From positions 133,027-197,026 of the IMG/VR virus record IMGVR_UViG_3300012000_000001: a DNA stretch of 64,000 bases; one strand, given 5' to 3'. Positions 10,225 through 20,414 of this stretch are shown one piece after another. The notes under the pieces were generated by a model. It had not been told where the DNA came from. It did no database searches and worked only from the letters and a program-made list of their open reading frames with translations. The translations under genes and the position numbers were made by a program. The number at the start of each line of letters is the position of its first letter. Positions within the stretch are counted from its first letter, which is position 1. This DNA is from a virus.

Positions 10225-11061
10225 TTAAAACGTATCCGTTATTCGGTTGTTGAGATATAGCTTTTGATGAAAGTATTTGATATCATTAAAAAAATACAGA
10301 TTACTAGAAGACAATAAAGAATTTAATCCTATATAACGAATACTGGCATCGCCCCATCGATACATATATATGCCACCAGAATTATCAATAAAATTATAAA
10401 AGTTTTGATAATCTTCTCCTCTAAACCAATCCATATCAAAAATTTCAAAATTAGTATAAAAAACTCTGTTTTTATGAAATTGTAGGTTTTGAGATTTAAA
10501 TATGTCGTCTTTATGAATATTTTTAAAATACTGTTCACTTAGTTCCCAGAGATTACAGACTACCCCAGGATGATCATGTTGAATATTAATATAACCATAT
10601 ATAGCTTTTTCATTGTTCATTCTATCAAAAACATTATATGGTATTTCGTCTAATATAAATGAATCTGTATCTAGTCTCCATATGTATCTATATTGCATAA
10701 GTCTTGATTGCTTAAAAATTTCTCCAGCAAAAAATCTACACATATGCCTATAGCCAAGAGAAAACCCTTGAGCCGCTGGGAAGTCTGGGTGGGGAAAATA
10801 CTCTGGGATTTGTGCAATTATTTCTGATGAATAATTTGGAGTACTAAAAGTAATTGGCTCAAAATATATAGAAATATTTTGTAAACTATTCTTTAATAAA
10901 GCTAATTCTGAAAAGGGAAAATCTGGCTCATAGAAACAAATAATATCACATGAATGTTTAAGATAATAATTATTTATTAATAATGGAATAGATTTTCTAA
11001 AATTAAGAATATCTTTGCTATTATTATTAAGCAAGTAGACTATTGCTGAGGGGCATCCCAT
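10225..11061 (-). CDS. GT15 (KRE2/MNT1-type) alpha-1,2-mannosyltransferase-like protein
   Basis: GYRHMCRFF, YRYIWRLD, FYTNFEI, FYNFIDNSGGIYMYRWGDA are hallmark GT15 motifs. Confidence 0.88.
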   Translation of the reverse strand: MGCPSAIVYLLNNNSKDILNFRKSIPLLINNYYLKHSCDIICFYEPDFPFSELALLKNSLQNISIYFEPITFSTPNYSSEIIAQIPEYFPHPDFPAAQGFSLGYRHMCRFFAGEIFKQSRLMQYRYIWRLDTDSFILDEIPYNVFDRMNNEKAIYGYINIQHDHPGVVCNLWELSEQYFKNIHKDDIFKSQNLQFHKNRVFYTNFEIFDMDWFRGEDYQNFYNFIDNSGGIYMYRWGDASIRYIGLNSLLSSSNLYFFNDIKYFHQKLYLNNRITDTF

Positions 11062-11062
11062 A

Positions 11063-11632
11063 TTATTCTCTATGTTTAGGTGGATAATTATATACTATGA
11101 CGTTGAACTGTCCCCATATGTCATTAATGAGATCAGACACGAATGGCCAATTACCACCAGCTAGTCCGCTACCAAATTTTGGACAATGTATTTCAATTTT
11201 CTCTGTTTTATTTACATAACCGGTTTTAGTAGCTATATACTGAGATAACGAATTCATAGACTTAACTAGAGCTAGATAGTTTAAAGGTCTCATGTTATTT
11301 TGACTCTTAATACCATTTTGGGCTATCATATTAACAAAAAATAACTTATGTCTAAATTTATTGTCTTCATATACTTTTAGTATTTGACTATAGCCCAAAT
11401 TATTTTTTAGAAAATGCTTACCAAGTAAATGATAGTCTTGCTTGACTGTTGGGTATTTTTCGGCGATTTGAGCTGCAAATCCTGCACCAAATAAGTCTAT
11501 ATTGTTACATACATGCGGCACAAAGACTGTACAGCCATTATTTCCGCAGGTTACGCGGTCTCTAATAACATCAAATAAGTTGTGATTTGAAGAAATATAA
11601 TTGGGTAAGGTTTTATTAATTTTGGTTGACAT
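11063..11632 (-). CDS. Macrodomain (ADP-ribose processing) protein
   Basis: HVCNNIDLFGAGFAAQIAEKYP and PKFGSGLAGGNW. Confidence 0.85.
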   Translation of the reverse strand: MSTKINKTLPNYISSNHNLFDVIRDRVTCGNNGCTVFVPHVCNNIDLFGAGFAAQIAEKYPTVKQDYHLLGKHFLKNNLGYSQILKVYEDNKFRHKLFFVNMIAQNGIKSQNNMRPLNYLALVKSMNSLSQYIATKTGYVNKTEKIEIHCPKFGSGLAGGNWPFVSDLINDIWGQFNVIVYNYPPKHRE

Positions 11633-11636
11633 TATA

Positions 11637-11888
11637 TTACCTTTGAATTTTTGGCCATTTGCCCATAGGACACTCTTGATCGGCCCAGGCTAATTTATTT
11701 AAAAACTTTTTTTGTTGACTGATAAAACACCCACAAATATTACATTGACTTTTAATTTTATTAAATTCTTCGCAACCTAAGCATATATTGTGTCTATAAA
11801 GAATTTCCTGTTTGGTGCTTTTAGGAAAACCACCATAAATATGAAATAATAAAGACTTAATAAATGTTTTTAGTCTAATTAACCACAT
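11637..11888 (-). CDS. Small Cys-rich protein (DUF6171-like)
   Basis: R..IC..C...QCNICGCFI..K...QECPMGKW. Confidence 0.7.
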   Translation of the reverse strand: MWLIRLKTFIKSLLFHIYGGFPKSTKQEILYRHNICLGCEEFNKIKSQCNICGCFISQQKKFLNKLAWADQECPMGKWPKIQR

Positions 11889-12117
11889 CTTTTTTTCTTT
11901 CTTTTATGGCAACAATATTAGATTCTTTATCTACGGTAAAAATATCTATAGGGTCTATCATCGTATCCGGAGCCACCCAATGAGTAGTGCCGTCTATTAA
12001 CGAGACACATAAGCGAGAACCATTCTGCTTATAGTCTGTGGTGACTATGTATTGTTTACCATTATATTGATAACAATCACCAATTAATAATTCTTCTATA
12101 TATTTCATATTAATCAA
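11875..12117 (-). CDS. Hypothetical protein
   Basis: ORF track. Confidence 0.65.
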   Translation of the reverse strand: MINMKYIEELLIGDCYQYNGKQYIVTTDYKQNGSRLCVSLIDGTTHWVAPDTMIDPIDIFTVDKESNIVAIKERKKDVVN

Positions 12118-12308
12118 TGATTGTAATATCTATCCCAGTCTTCCCACTCTTCGTCTTGGTAGTTCGCTTTTTTTCTTTTGATTTGATTATTAATATCTTT
12201 TGCAGAAAAATCGGAATCCTCGTAACTTTTTTTGTTACGCTTATTCTTATTTTTTTCTCTCTTAGAGCTTTTTCTGTCGTTATCGAAAAATTCGTTGTTG
12301 TGTTTCAT
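12114..12308 (-). CDS. Small basic/acidic hypothetical protein
   Basis: ORF track; follows a promoter. Confidence 0.65.
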   Translation of the reverse strand: MKHNNEFFDNDRKSSKREKNKNKRNKKSYEDSDFSAKDINNQIKRKKANYQDEEWEDWDRYYNH

Positions 12309-12340
12309 TTAAGTGATAGTCGCCAAAAGTATCTGATGGT

Positions 12341-12368
12341 ATAGTAATGCACCAAGTGGACGTGTCAA
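12341..12368 (-). promoter_or_regulatory. Sigma70-type promoter
   Basis: TTGACA-N16-TACTAT. Confidence 0.55.
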
Positions 12369-12477
12369 CTCTTTTTTTAGCATGGTACGCAACTTGACCA
12401 ACCCTCCAGACTGGATTAATATTATGCAGGCCGGTGGACAATATCTATTATTCTTACTTACACCTCCTCTCTACCAC

Positions 12478-14139
12478 ATGCTTAAAACAACTATCGTTAC
12501 TGGAATATGGGATCTTGGTAGAGATTCTCTAGGTGAGGGCTGGAGTAGGTCTTTCGAACACTACAAAGATAAGTTCTCACAACTGCTACAATCTTTAAAA
12601 GATGTTCAGCTAATAGTATTTATAGACCCGAAGCATGAAGATATAGTCTGGAAATATAGATCTCCAACTAATACTGTTGTTTATCATCATTCAGCAGATA
12701 ATTTTGATAACAATTTTTTCCCATTCAGGCCACAAATAGAAAAAATAAGAACAAATGAGCAGTGGTTGTCTCAAGCTGGATGGTTAAAGGATAGTACGCA
12801 AGCTAAATTACCACTTTACAATCCGATGGTAATGAGTAAAATGTTCCTTCTGCATAATGCGAAAATATTCAATCCATTTAATAGTGAATATATGTATTGG
12901 CTAGATGGTGGAATATGCAATACTGTTCACCCTGGATATTTTAGCCATGACAACGTAATAGAAAAAATACAAAATTTAACTAAAAAGTTTCTATTTATAT
13001 GTTTCCCATATGAAACTAATAGCGAGATACATGGATTCGATATCTCTAAAATGAGAGAATATTCGAAAAATGATAATGTTAATCGGGTTGCTCGCGGTGG
13101 GTTTTTCGGTGGGCATATAGATTATATTTCTGAAGCCAATAATTTATACTACTCTCTTTTAGCGGATACCCTATCTAATGGACTAATGGGTACTGAAGAA
13201 AGTATTTTTACTATTATGACCTATTTACAACCAGAAGTATATCAATACGAAAGCATTAATGGTGATGGGTTAATTTCTACATTTTTTGAAAAAGTCAAAA
13301 ATCGTGAAACAACAATAGAGCAGGCTCAGCAAAGTAATCCTAGAAAAAAGCATACCAATAGCGATACTGTGCTCTACATTAATGCTTTTAATTCACCAGA
13401 ACAATTGCAAATGGTTTTGGATAGTTTTGAAAAATATGACAATTCATTTATTGCCCAAACTAAAAAGATATTAATTAACAATACAACAAATAATGAATTA
13501 TTTCCGCAATACGACGCTATATGCTCAAAATATTCATTTGCAGAACATATAAAAAAGGGAAATCTTGGAGTATGTAGGGCAAGACAATTTGCAGCCGAGC
13601 ATTTCGCCGATTTGGGTTCCAAATATATGATATTTTTTGAAGACGATATGTTGCTGGATTATTCTAGGGCTAAATGTGATTTTGGTTTCTGCAAACCAGC
13701 CCAAAATCTACTGCACTCTTTAATTCGTATAATGGATAATGAAGAATATGATTTTCTTAAATTTAGCTTTAGTGAGTTTTATGGACACAACGGAGAACAG
13801 TGGAGTTGGCATAATGTTCCATCTGATTTGAGGGTTAAATATTTTGGTGGAACGACTAAAAGACCTCTAACCAAGTTCACAGTGATAAAATCTTATAATG
13901 GTCTTCCATATGCTGAAGGAGAGATTTACTATTCTAACTGGCCCCATATTATAGATCAAGAAGGTAATCAAAAGCTGTTTTTAGACACTAAATGGGATAG
14001 ACCATTTGAACAAACTTGGATGAGTCACATATATACCCTAACAGTTAATGGTGTTGTTAAGCCCGCTATATTACTAGCTAGTCCAATTACACATAATAGA
14101 GTACATTTTTATGAAGCGACAGAACGTAAAGAAAACTAA
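12478..14139 (+). CDS. HtrL/YibB(WlaTC)-family glycosyltransferase fused to a GT-A domain (likely start MLKTT at 12478)
   Basis: YNPMVMSKMFLL, YWLDGG, VARGGFFGG, MGTEESIF; C-terminal NLGVCRARQ...FFEDD. Confidence 0.8.
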   Translation: MLKTTIVTGIWDLGRDSLGEGWSRSFEHYKDKFSQLLQSLKDVQLIVFIDPKHEDIVWKYRSPTNTVVYHHSADNFDNNFFPFRPQIEKIRTNEQWLSQAGWLKDSTQAKLPLYNPMVMSKMFLLHNAKIFNPFNSEYMYWLDGGICNTVHPGYFSHDNVIEKIQNLTKKFLFICFPYETNSEIHGFDISKMREYSKNDNVNRVARGGFFGGHIDYISEANNLYYSLLADTLSNGLMGTEESIFTIMTYLQPEVYQYESINGDGLISTFFEKVKNRETTIEQAQQSNPRKKHTNSDTVLYINAFNSPEQLQMVLDSFEKYDNSFIAQTKKILINNTTNNELFPQYDAICSKYSFAEHIKKGNLGVCRARQFAAEHFADLGSKYMIFFEDDMLLDYSRAKCDFGFCKPAQNLLHSLIRIMDNEEYDFLKFSFSEFYGHNGEQWSWHNVPSDLRVKYFGGTTKRPLTKFTVIKSYNGLPYAEGEIYYSNWPHIIDQEGNQKLFLDTKWDRPFEQTWMSHIYTLTVNGVVKPAILLASPITHNRVHFYEATERKEN

Positions 14140-15424
14140 GGTTATCAAACCGAAGTCCAAATTAAATAACCAAGAAACTATATTTGTGCAAATAGCGGCT
14201 TATAGAGACCCTCAACTATTACCGACTCTAAGGGATTTATTTAACAAAGCCAAATATCCACAAAATATTACCGTGGGCATATGCTGGCAACATTGTTCTT
14301 CCGATGAGTGGGACACACTTGAAGAGTTTCGTGATGATCCAAGAGTTAAAATTATTGATATAGATTATAAAACTAGCCAAGGAGTATGTTGGGCTAGAAA
14401 TTTAGTTCAGTCTTTATACAATAATGAAACATATACATTACAATTAGACAGCCATCATAGGTTTGTACAAAATTGGGATGCCACACTTATAGATATGCTA
14501 AAATATCTACAAAATAAGGGTCACCAAAAACCATTAATCACAGCCTATATACCAAGTTTTGATCCAGATAATGACCCAGCAAGCAGGGTACAAGAACCAT
14601 GGAAAATGAACTTTGATAGGTTCATACCAGAAGGAGCGGTTTTCTTTCTTCCTGCATCATTTGATGAGTGGGATGATAAAACGCAACCTCTACCAGCTAG
14701 ATTTTATAGTGCCCATTTTGCCTTTAGTGTTGGCGCTTTTTGTACAGAAGTTCCACATGATCCAGAATATTACTTTCATGGAGAGGAAATAAGCATAGCT
14801 GCTAGAGCATATACTCATGGATATGATCTTTTTCATCCTCATAAAGTGGTGTGTTGGCACGAATATACGCGAAAAGGTAGAACAAAACAATGGGATGATG
14901 ATAAGAAATGGTTTGAGAAAAATAATCTTTGTCATCTTAAAAATCGTAAATTGTTTGAAATGGATGGAGAAAAAAGAGATATAGATTTTGGAAAATATGG
15001 ATTCGGTTCAGTGAGAACTTTAAGAGACTATGAAAAATATAGCGGCTTATCCTTTGGAAAAAGAGCAATCCAAAAAAGAGTTCAGGAACATAAAGCTCCC
15101 CCAGATCCAGAAACCTCAAATTTATCAGACGAAGAATTTGATAAAAAATTAATGAAAATTTTCAAACATTGTATAGATATTCAGTACGGACAAGTTCCAG
15201 AAAATGATTATGATTTTTGGGCCGTTGCTTTTAAAGATCAAAACGGAGTAGATATTTATCGGCAAGATGCTGATAAAGATGAAATATTGCGAATGAAGAA
15301 TGATCCCGATGGTTATTGTAAAGTATGGAGAGAATTTCAAACAGAAATTAAGCCATCTAGCTGGATTGTTTGGCCACATAGTATTAGTAAAGGATGGGCT
15401 GATCCAATTATTGGTGGCCTATAA
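14111..15424 (+). CDS. GT60 polypeptide/hydroxyproline alpha-GlcNAc transferase-like protein
   Basis: IFVQIAAYRDP, VGICWQ, GVCWARNLVQSLY, LQLDSHHRF..WD, HGEE..IAARAYTHGYD. Confidence 0.88.
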   Translation: MKRQNVKKTKVIKPKSKLNNQETIFVQIAAYRDPQLLPTLRDLFNKAKYPQNITVGICWQHCSSDEWDTLEEFRDDPRVKIIDIDYKTSQGVCWARNLVQSLYNNETYTLQLDSHHRFVQNWDATLIDMLKYLQNKGHQKPLITAYIPSFDPDNDPASRVQEPWKMNFDRFIPEGAVFFLPASFDEWDDKTQPLPARFYSAHFAFSVGAFCTEVPHDPEYYFHGEEISIAARAYTHGYDLFHPHKVVCWHEYTRKGRTKQWDDDKKWFEKNNLCHLKNRKLFEMDGEKRDIDFGKYGFGSVRTLRDYEKYSGLSFGKRAIQKRVQEHKAPPDPETSNLSDEEFDKKLMKIFKHCIDIQYGQVPENDYDFWAVAFKDQNGVDIYRQDADKDEILRMKNDPDGYCKVWREFQTEIKPSSWIVWPHSISKGWADPIIGGL

Positions 15425-15430
15425 TAGACT

Positions 15431-16210
15431 ATGATACTATGGCATAACAAGCCTCTGTGCTCGGCTGGTTTTGTTATTAATTTAGCTTCAAGACCAGACA
15501 GAAAAGCATCAGCCATTAAGGAACTAGAACAATCTGGTATTAGTGGATTTGAATTCTATAATGCTACAACCTTATCGGATCCAGACTGGCAAGCGTATGG
15601 ATGTACTCAAAGTCATCTAGATTTGTTTAAAATACAAATAGAAAATAATATTGATTATTTATTAATATTAGAAGATGATATACATACATCTTATACTTAT
15701 AGCACGCTTAATAAGATTACAAAAATAGATAAACAAATTAAGTATGCTCATAATTGTATTGATAGCTTTCATCATCTGAAACCCGATTTGCTATGGCTTG
15801 GCTCCAGAGTGGAACAAGATGTAGATTATTATGATGACTATATATCTTTTTCTAATAAAACTTTAACAGCCCATGCGTATATCAGTTCTTTGTCGTTGGC
15901 AAAGTTCTGTGTTGAAAACTTTAAATATAACGAGCATGGTCACCTGTCTTATAGATATCCTATAGACTTTTTCTTATCACAACTTAAAATTAAAACAGAT
16001 CATCAAATTATCAACAATATAAATAATAAAGCATTTGTCACCAATAATCTAGTTACTTCAGTTAGCAACTGTTTAATTTTTAATCAAAAACCCGGCTATT
16101 CTAATATTATTCATAAAGATATTGATTATGGGATATGGATAGCTGGTTGCCATGAACACTATTGTTTTAATCCGTTAAAAAATAAGATTAATTACCATGA
16201 ATACATTTGA
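15431..16210 (+). CDS. GT25-like glycosyltransferase
   Basis: FVINLASRPDRK, GCTQSH, LILEDD, TAHAYI. Confidence 0.8.
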   Translation: MILWHNKPLCSAGFVINLASRPDRKASAIKELEQSGISGFEFYNATTLSDPDWQAYGCTQSHLDLFKIQIENNIDYLLILEDDIHTSYTYSTLNKITKIDKQIKYAHNCIDSFHHLKPDLLWLGSRVEQDVDYYDDYISFSNKTLTAHAYISSLSLAKFCVENFKYNEHGHLSYRYPIDFFLSQLKIKTDHQIINNINNKAFVTNNLVTSVSNCLIFNQKPGYSNIIHKDIDYGIWIAGCHEHYCFNPLKNKINYHEYI

Positions 16211-16892
16211 TATTATTAAACATTGGGATGATAATTTAGTACAGTCTCATATTATGTCTGAATTAAATTATCTTATAAATTACTTTAAAAAGAGAAGCAC
16301 GACTAACATCAGATATTTGGATATTGGAGCCAATTGTGGAAGATATTGGAATGTTTTATCTCAGCATTTTACCGTTGATTATGCTATAATGGTCGAACCC
16401 TCAACAGAACTCCACAAGTATTTGTTGCATAAATTTAGAGATACTAATTTTTCTATATATAATTTTGTACTATCTGATCACGATAGTATGGTTAGTCTAG
16501 CAGATATTGATTTTAGTTTTTATACACAATTAGACAATAATATTAATTTAGGATTATCTAAATCTTACTTATCAGATAATAATAATAAAACACAATTATC
16601 AGCTGAAAATTTCTTTAATGACTATATATATTTTAATAATATTTATAAATTAGATCTCATTAAAATAGACACAGAAAATCGTGACTACCACATATTGAAA
16701 TCAATGACAAATGTACTCTCTAAATTAGAATCTAAACCTATAATTTGTTTTGAAAACAATTATCATAACGACATGACACAAGACGAGGCTCAGGCTATAT
16801 TAAACAATTTTACTAGTATCAATTTATATGAGCCAATTAATATTGCAGATATCAACTGGAGTAGTGTATTTTTATGCCCAATTCAAGCTTAA
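16197..16892 (+). CDS. FkbM-family methyltransferase
   Basis: YLDIGANCG, VEP, LIKIDTE. Confidence 0.85.
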   Translation: MNTFDIIKHWDDNLVQSHIMSELNYLINYFKKRSTTNIRYLDIGANCGRYWNVLSQHFTVDYAIMVEPSTELHKYLLHKFRDTNFSIYNFVLSDHDSMVSLADIDFSFYTQLDNNINLGLSKSYLSDNNNKTQLSAENFFNDYIYFNNIYKLDLIKIDTENRDYHILKSMTNVLSKLESKPIICFENNYHNDMTQDEAQAILNNFTSINLYEPINIADINWSSVFLCPIQA

Positions 16893-17578
16893 TATTACTT
16901 AATAGTATTTTATACAATTTTAAAATTAATAAAAAATATTGGACTTATGATAACTTAACTGGAGAAGACTATGATACTAGACGATCTAAGCCAGCTCCAT
17001 ACATAAGAACAGCAATAAATATAGCTAAATTATTAAATATGACAACAGTAGTCGAAATAGGCTCAACTAGATTTGCTGTAACTCAACCATGCGTTGATTA
17101 TTTTGATGATACTAATTCAGACCCATATATTTCGCCACCTTGTTGCTGCGATGGTCATGCTACTTATTTTTGGGCTAGGGCAGGCTTTATAACTCATACG
17201 GTGGACATAGACACCAACTGTTTAAATGGTGTGCAGTGGTCATACGGAAATTTAAACCAACCACAACCATCAAATCTAAAATTACATATTCCAGAGGACG
17301 GTATATCGTTTTTGAATAATTTTTCAGATAAAATAGATGTATTATATCTAGACGGATGGGATAAAGGAACTATGAATTATGCAGAAAAGCATTTGGAGGC
17401 TTTCCAAGCAGCTAAAAATAAATTATCTAATATTCATTTAATTCTTATAGATGATACAGATTATCTTACTAAAGAGGGGGGGAAAGACCAGCTGTTATCT
17501 CCATTTTTAATTGAACAAAATTATTATTTATTGTTTAATGGCAGACAAACTCTTTTTATCAATAGGTTTCCAACATGA
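16874..17578 (+). CDS. SAM-dependent methyltransferase-like protein
   Basis: VVEIGSTR, TVDID, IDVLYLDGWD, ILIDD. Confidence 0.7.
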   Translation: MPNSSLILLNSILYNFKINKKYWTYDNLTGEDYDTRRSKPAPYIRTAINIAKLLNMTTVVEIGSTRFAVTQPCVDYFDDTNSDPYISPPCCCDGHATYFWARAGFITHTVDIDTNCLNGVQWSYGNLNQPQPSNLKLHIPEDGISFLNNFSDKIDVLYLDGWDKGTMNYAEKHLEAFQAAKNKLSNIHLILIDDTDYLTKEGGKDQLLSPFLIEQNYYLLFNGRQTLFINRFPT

Positions 17579-18345
17579 ATATTATTGTAACTTTAACAAC
17601 CGTACCCAATAGACTACTAGAGCATCATGGTTCTTGTTCAGCCAGATTAGCCATAACCACATTATTGGAACAGTCTTATCAGTCGTATGAGGTCCACTTT
17701 AATATTCCACTATATTATCGTAATAACCCAATTATTTTACCCGAATGGATCGATGAGTATGCTAAAAAATATAATCATCTAAAAGTTTTTAGAACCGATG
17801 ACTATGGTCCCATTACTAAAATATTCCCAACCCTAGAGAGGGTTACTGATCTAGAAACCATGATTATTGTTGCCGACGATGATTTGTATTATATGGACGG
17901 TATGATATCCTCCCATGTAGAAGCCAGATCTAGATATCCTGAAGCCGCTTTGGGTTTTGCTGGATTATCCTCAATAGACGGATCGTGCCATTTCTGTACA
18001 ACTATACAAAAGGACACAAGAGTTAAAATTTTAGAAGGATACAAAACAGTATCGTATTTAAGAAAATTTTTCGACACAGAAGAACTTAAGAGTCAGTTTA
18101 TGGACAAGTCTTGGAGAGATGACGAGACATTATCTGCTTACATGGGATATAAGAATATTCCAAAAATAGTTCTTGCTTACTCAGGAGATACGGACTATAA
18201 TCCTAGAGTAGAGTCTTTTCCTGTGATTGGTCATGTTCCTACACAACAGGGTGGTTGCCATGTATTTAGAAATTGTGATGAAGCACAAAAGAGATCAGAT
18301 GATAATATACAAAAATTTTATAAGCTTGGTTATCTAGAAAGATAA
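17575..18345 (+). CDS. GT-A glycosyltransferase
   Basis: IVTLTTVPNRL, DYGPITK, ADDDLYY, DDETLS. Confidence 0.75.
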   Translation: MNIIVTLTTVPNRLLEHHGSCSARLAITTLLEQSYQSYEVHFNIPLYYRNNPIILPEWIDEYAKKYNHLKVFRTDDYGPITKIFPTLERVTDLETMIIVADDDLYYMDGMISSHVEARSRYPEAALGFAGLSSIDGSCHFCTTIQKDTRVKILEGYKTVSYLRKFFDTEELKSQFMDKSWRDDETLSAYMGYKNIPKIVLAYSGDTDYNPRVESFPVIGHVPTQQGGCHVFRNCDEAQKRSDDNIQKFYKLGYLER

Positions 18346-18349
18346 TATC

Positions 18350-18733
18350 ATGAAGTATGTAGCCGTAATACTAGTATTGGGATTATTTGTTTGTAAAAAT
18401 TCTGCTAATGCCCAGCAGTGGCCTAATCCAGAAAATGCCAGACTAACTAATACCATGACAAATTTTATGAACCAGTTTGGCGGAGGAGGACTCCCGATTC
18501 CTGTTCCAGTGCCTGTGGACTATAATTATTACTCTGACTATCAAAATGGATACCAACAGCATCTTCAAAATAGCGTGACACAAGTTGAAGTATATTTTAG
18601 ACGCAGACAATTTAATATGTATTATCGACAATTAGAAGAGTTGCAGAAACAAGAGATCAAAGATCTAAAAAGATCTAAGCAACTAACTATTCCGGAACTT
18701 AATCGTATTTTTAATAGAGAGTCATCATTTTAG
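18350..18733 (+). CDS. Secreted hypothetical protein
   Basis: Hydrophobic signal ending ANA-Q; YFRRRQFNMYYR motif reminiscent of planctomycete secreted proteins. Confidence 0.65.
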   Translation: MKYVAVILVLGLFVCKNSANAQQWPNPENARLTNTMTNFMNQFGGGGLPIPVPVPVDYNYYSDYQNGYQQHLQNSVTQVEVYFRRRQFNMYYRQLEELQKQEIKDLKRSKQLTIPELNRIFNRESSF

Positions 18734-19662
18734 AATACGGGATTGATAATACCATAGCCCTCAAATTTTCTAATTCCTTTATATCTAGAATCTTTTAGAG
18801 ATATAGTATTTTGCTTGAAAGCATCAATATAGTCTTCAAATGTATTTAGTTTATATTTTTTGTGTTTAAGATTATAACTTAGTAATAATGCAGCACAACC
18901 AACAGCAAACGGATTGCTCATACTTGTGCCGCTCATGCTTGCATATCTATTTCCTGGCACACATCCGATAATATCATGACCCGGAGCCAGAAAGTCCAGA
19001 TCTTCACCACTGCAAGTAAAAGATGTGCGATTTAAATTTTCGTCTATAGCCCCAATAGATATAGTATTTTTATATTTAGCAGGGTACATTATCTCAGAGT
19101 TTTCTCCACTGTTCCCAGCCGCACAAAAAACTATACAACCTTTACTATTAGCATAGCTAATTGCGTTTTCTATAGACTTGGCTGGATTTGGAGAACCTAA
19201 ACTCATAGTAATAAAATTTACTCCATCATAGTCAGCCGCCCAATAAATTGCATCAGCTACGGCACTCATAGATCCAGATCCATCATCTCCCAGAGCTTTT
19301 ACTGGTACGATTTTTGCAGCGGGTGCCACACCAACCATTCCGAATCCATTATCTGATGCTGCTATTGTGGATGATACGTGAGTACCGTGACCCGCACCGT
19401 CTATTGGGTCTCTTCCACTATTAACAAAGTTTTTACCGGGTAATAAATTATCTACCAAGTCTTTGTGCTTAAGGTCGCAGCCAGTGTCTATTACTGCCAC
19501 GATAACCCCATCACCCTTACTTTTACTCCATAATTTTGGAATATTAAATTTCTTTAATTCCCATCCTTCTGATTGAGAATCGTCAACAGATAAACCATAT
19601 ACATCTTCTTTAATATATGGTAATAAGCTAATATTGTCTTTATTAAATCTTTTTCTTATCAT
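18730..19662 (-). CDS. Subtilisin-family (S8) serine protease
   Basis: Catalytic triad motifs VIDTG, HGTH, SGTSMS; oxyanion AAGN. Confidence 0.93.
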   Translation of the reverse strand: MIRKRFNKDNISLLPYIKEDVYGLSVDDSQSEGWELKKFNIPKLWSKSKGDGVIVAVIDTGCDLKHKDLVDNLLPGKNFVNSGRDPIDGAGHGTHVSSTIAASDNGFGMVGVAPAAKIVPVKALGDDGSGSMSAVADAIYWAADYDGVNFITMSLGSPNPAKSIENAISYANSKGCIVFCAAGNSGENSEIMYPAKYKNTISIGAIDENLNRTSFTCSGEDLDFLAPGHDIIGCVPGNRYASMSGTSMSNPFAVGCAALLLSYNLKHKKYKLNTFEDYIDAFKQNTISLKDSRYKGIRKFEGYGIINPVF

Positions 19663-20414
19663 TTTGATTCCTTGATAGTAGAAATGGTGTTTGTAATCCA
19701 TTCAACATGATCACTAATTCTGGTATGGCCACTAAATGTTCCATAGGCCGATTTTATCATCCCCTTGTCATGTATAACACAAGAGTTTATGCCTGCTAGT
19801 TTATTTCCGATAAATAAGCCGCCCCCGCTATCACCACTAGCAATACAATATTCTAATTCTGTTCTGTTTGTTCTAGAAGGGGAACACACCAACAATCCCC
19901 TATCTATAGAGTCTATAGTATTAGAACCGGCTCTTAGTTTATCGTCCAGTTTATTAACGCCCACCAAAAAATTTCCAGTAGCGCCATATCCAGCTATGGA
20001 ACATATTTTTCCTACCTCGTTTTTATTGGTATATAATTCAGGATACCATTCCAAACCTATATCGTCTTCTAAAATGCATATAGCAATATCATAATATCCA
20101 AATTGGTCCATTTTATAATTAGGATGGACTATGATTTTTGATACATTAATTGTTTTGCTATTGATAGTCGCTCTACAGGTTCCCACATCTTGCACAATAT
20201 GCGCGGCTGTTATTATAACATTAGATTGGTGTGCTATTCCAGAACCAAAATAAGGCTTGGTATCAGGAGTGGTACCATGCACTTTAGCAATATATACAAA
20301 TTTTGATCCGTACTCTATATGCTTAGAGTCTGGGGTATTGGGGTCTATCGTGCCCGAAAAACCTACGACACAAGCCAACGACAACGCTATAAATATAACT
20401 ACTTTTTGTATCAT
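19659..20414 (-). CDS. Trypsin-like (S1) serine protease with signal peptide
   Basis: ITAAH, YDIAI, GDSGGG. Confidence 0.92.
   Translation of the reverse strand: MIQKVVIFIALSLACVVGFSGTIDPNTPDSKHIEYGSKFVYIAKVHGTTPDTKPYFGSGIAHQSNVIITAAHIVQDVGTCRATINSKTINVSKIIVHPNYKMDQFGYYDIAICILEDDIGLEWYPELYTNKNEVGKICSIAGYGATGNFLVGVNKLDDKLRAGSNTIDSIDRGLLVCSPSRTNRTELEYCIASGDSGGGLFIGNKLAGINSCVIHDKGMIKSAYGTFSGHTRISDHVEWITNTISTIKESK

Noticed and set aside
10225-15424. Eukaryotic or giant-virus (NCLDV) origin suggested by GT15/GT60/actin
   Set aside because: Sigma70 promoters, RBS motifs, overlapping operons, tmRNA, rIIAB and RuvB indicate a bacteriophage.
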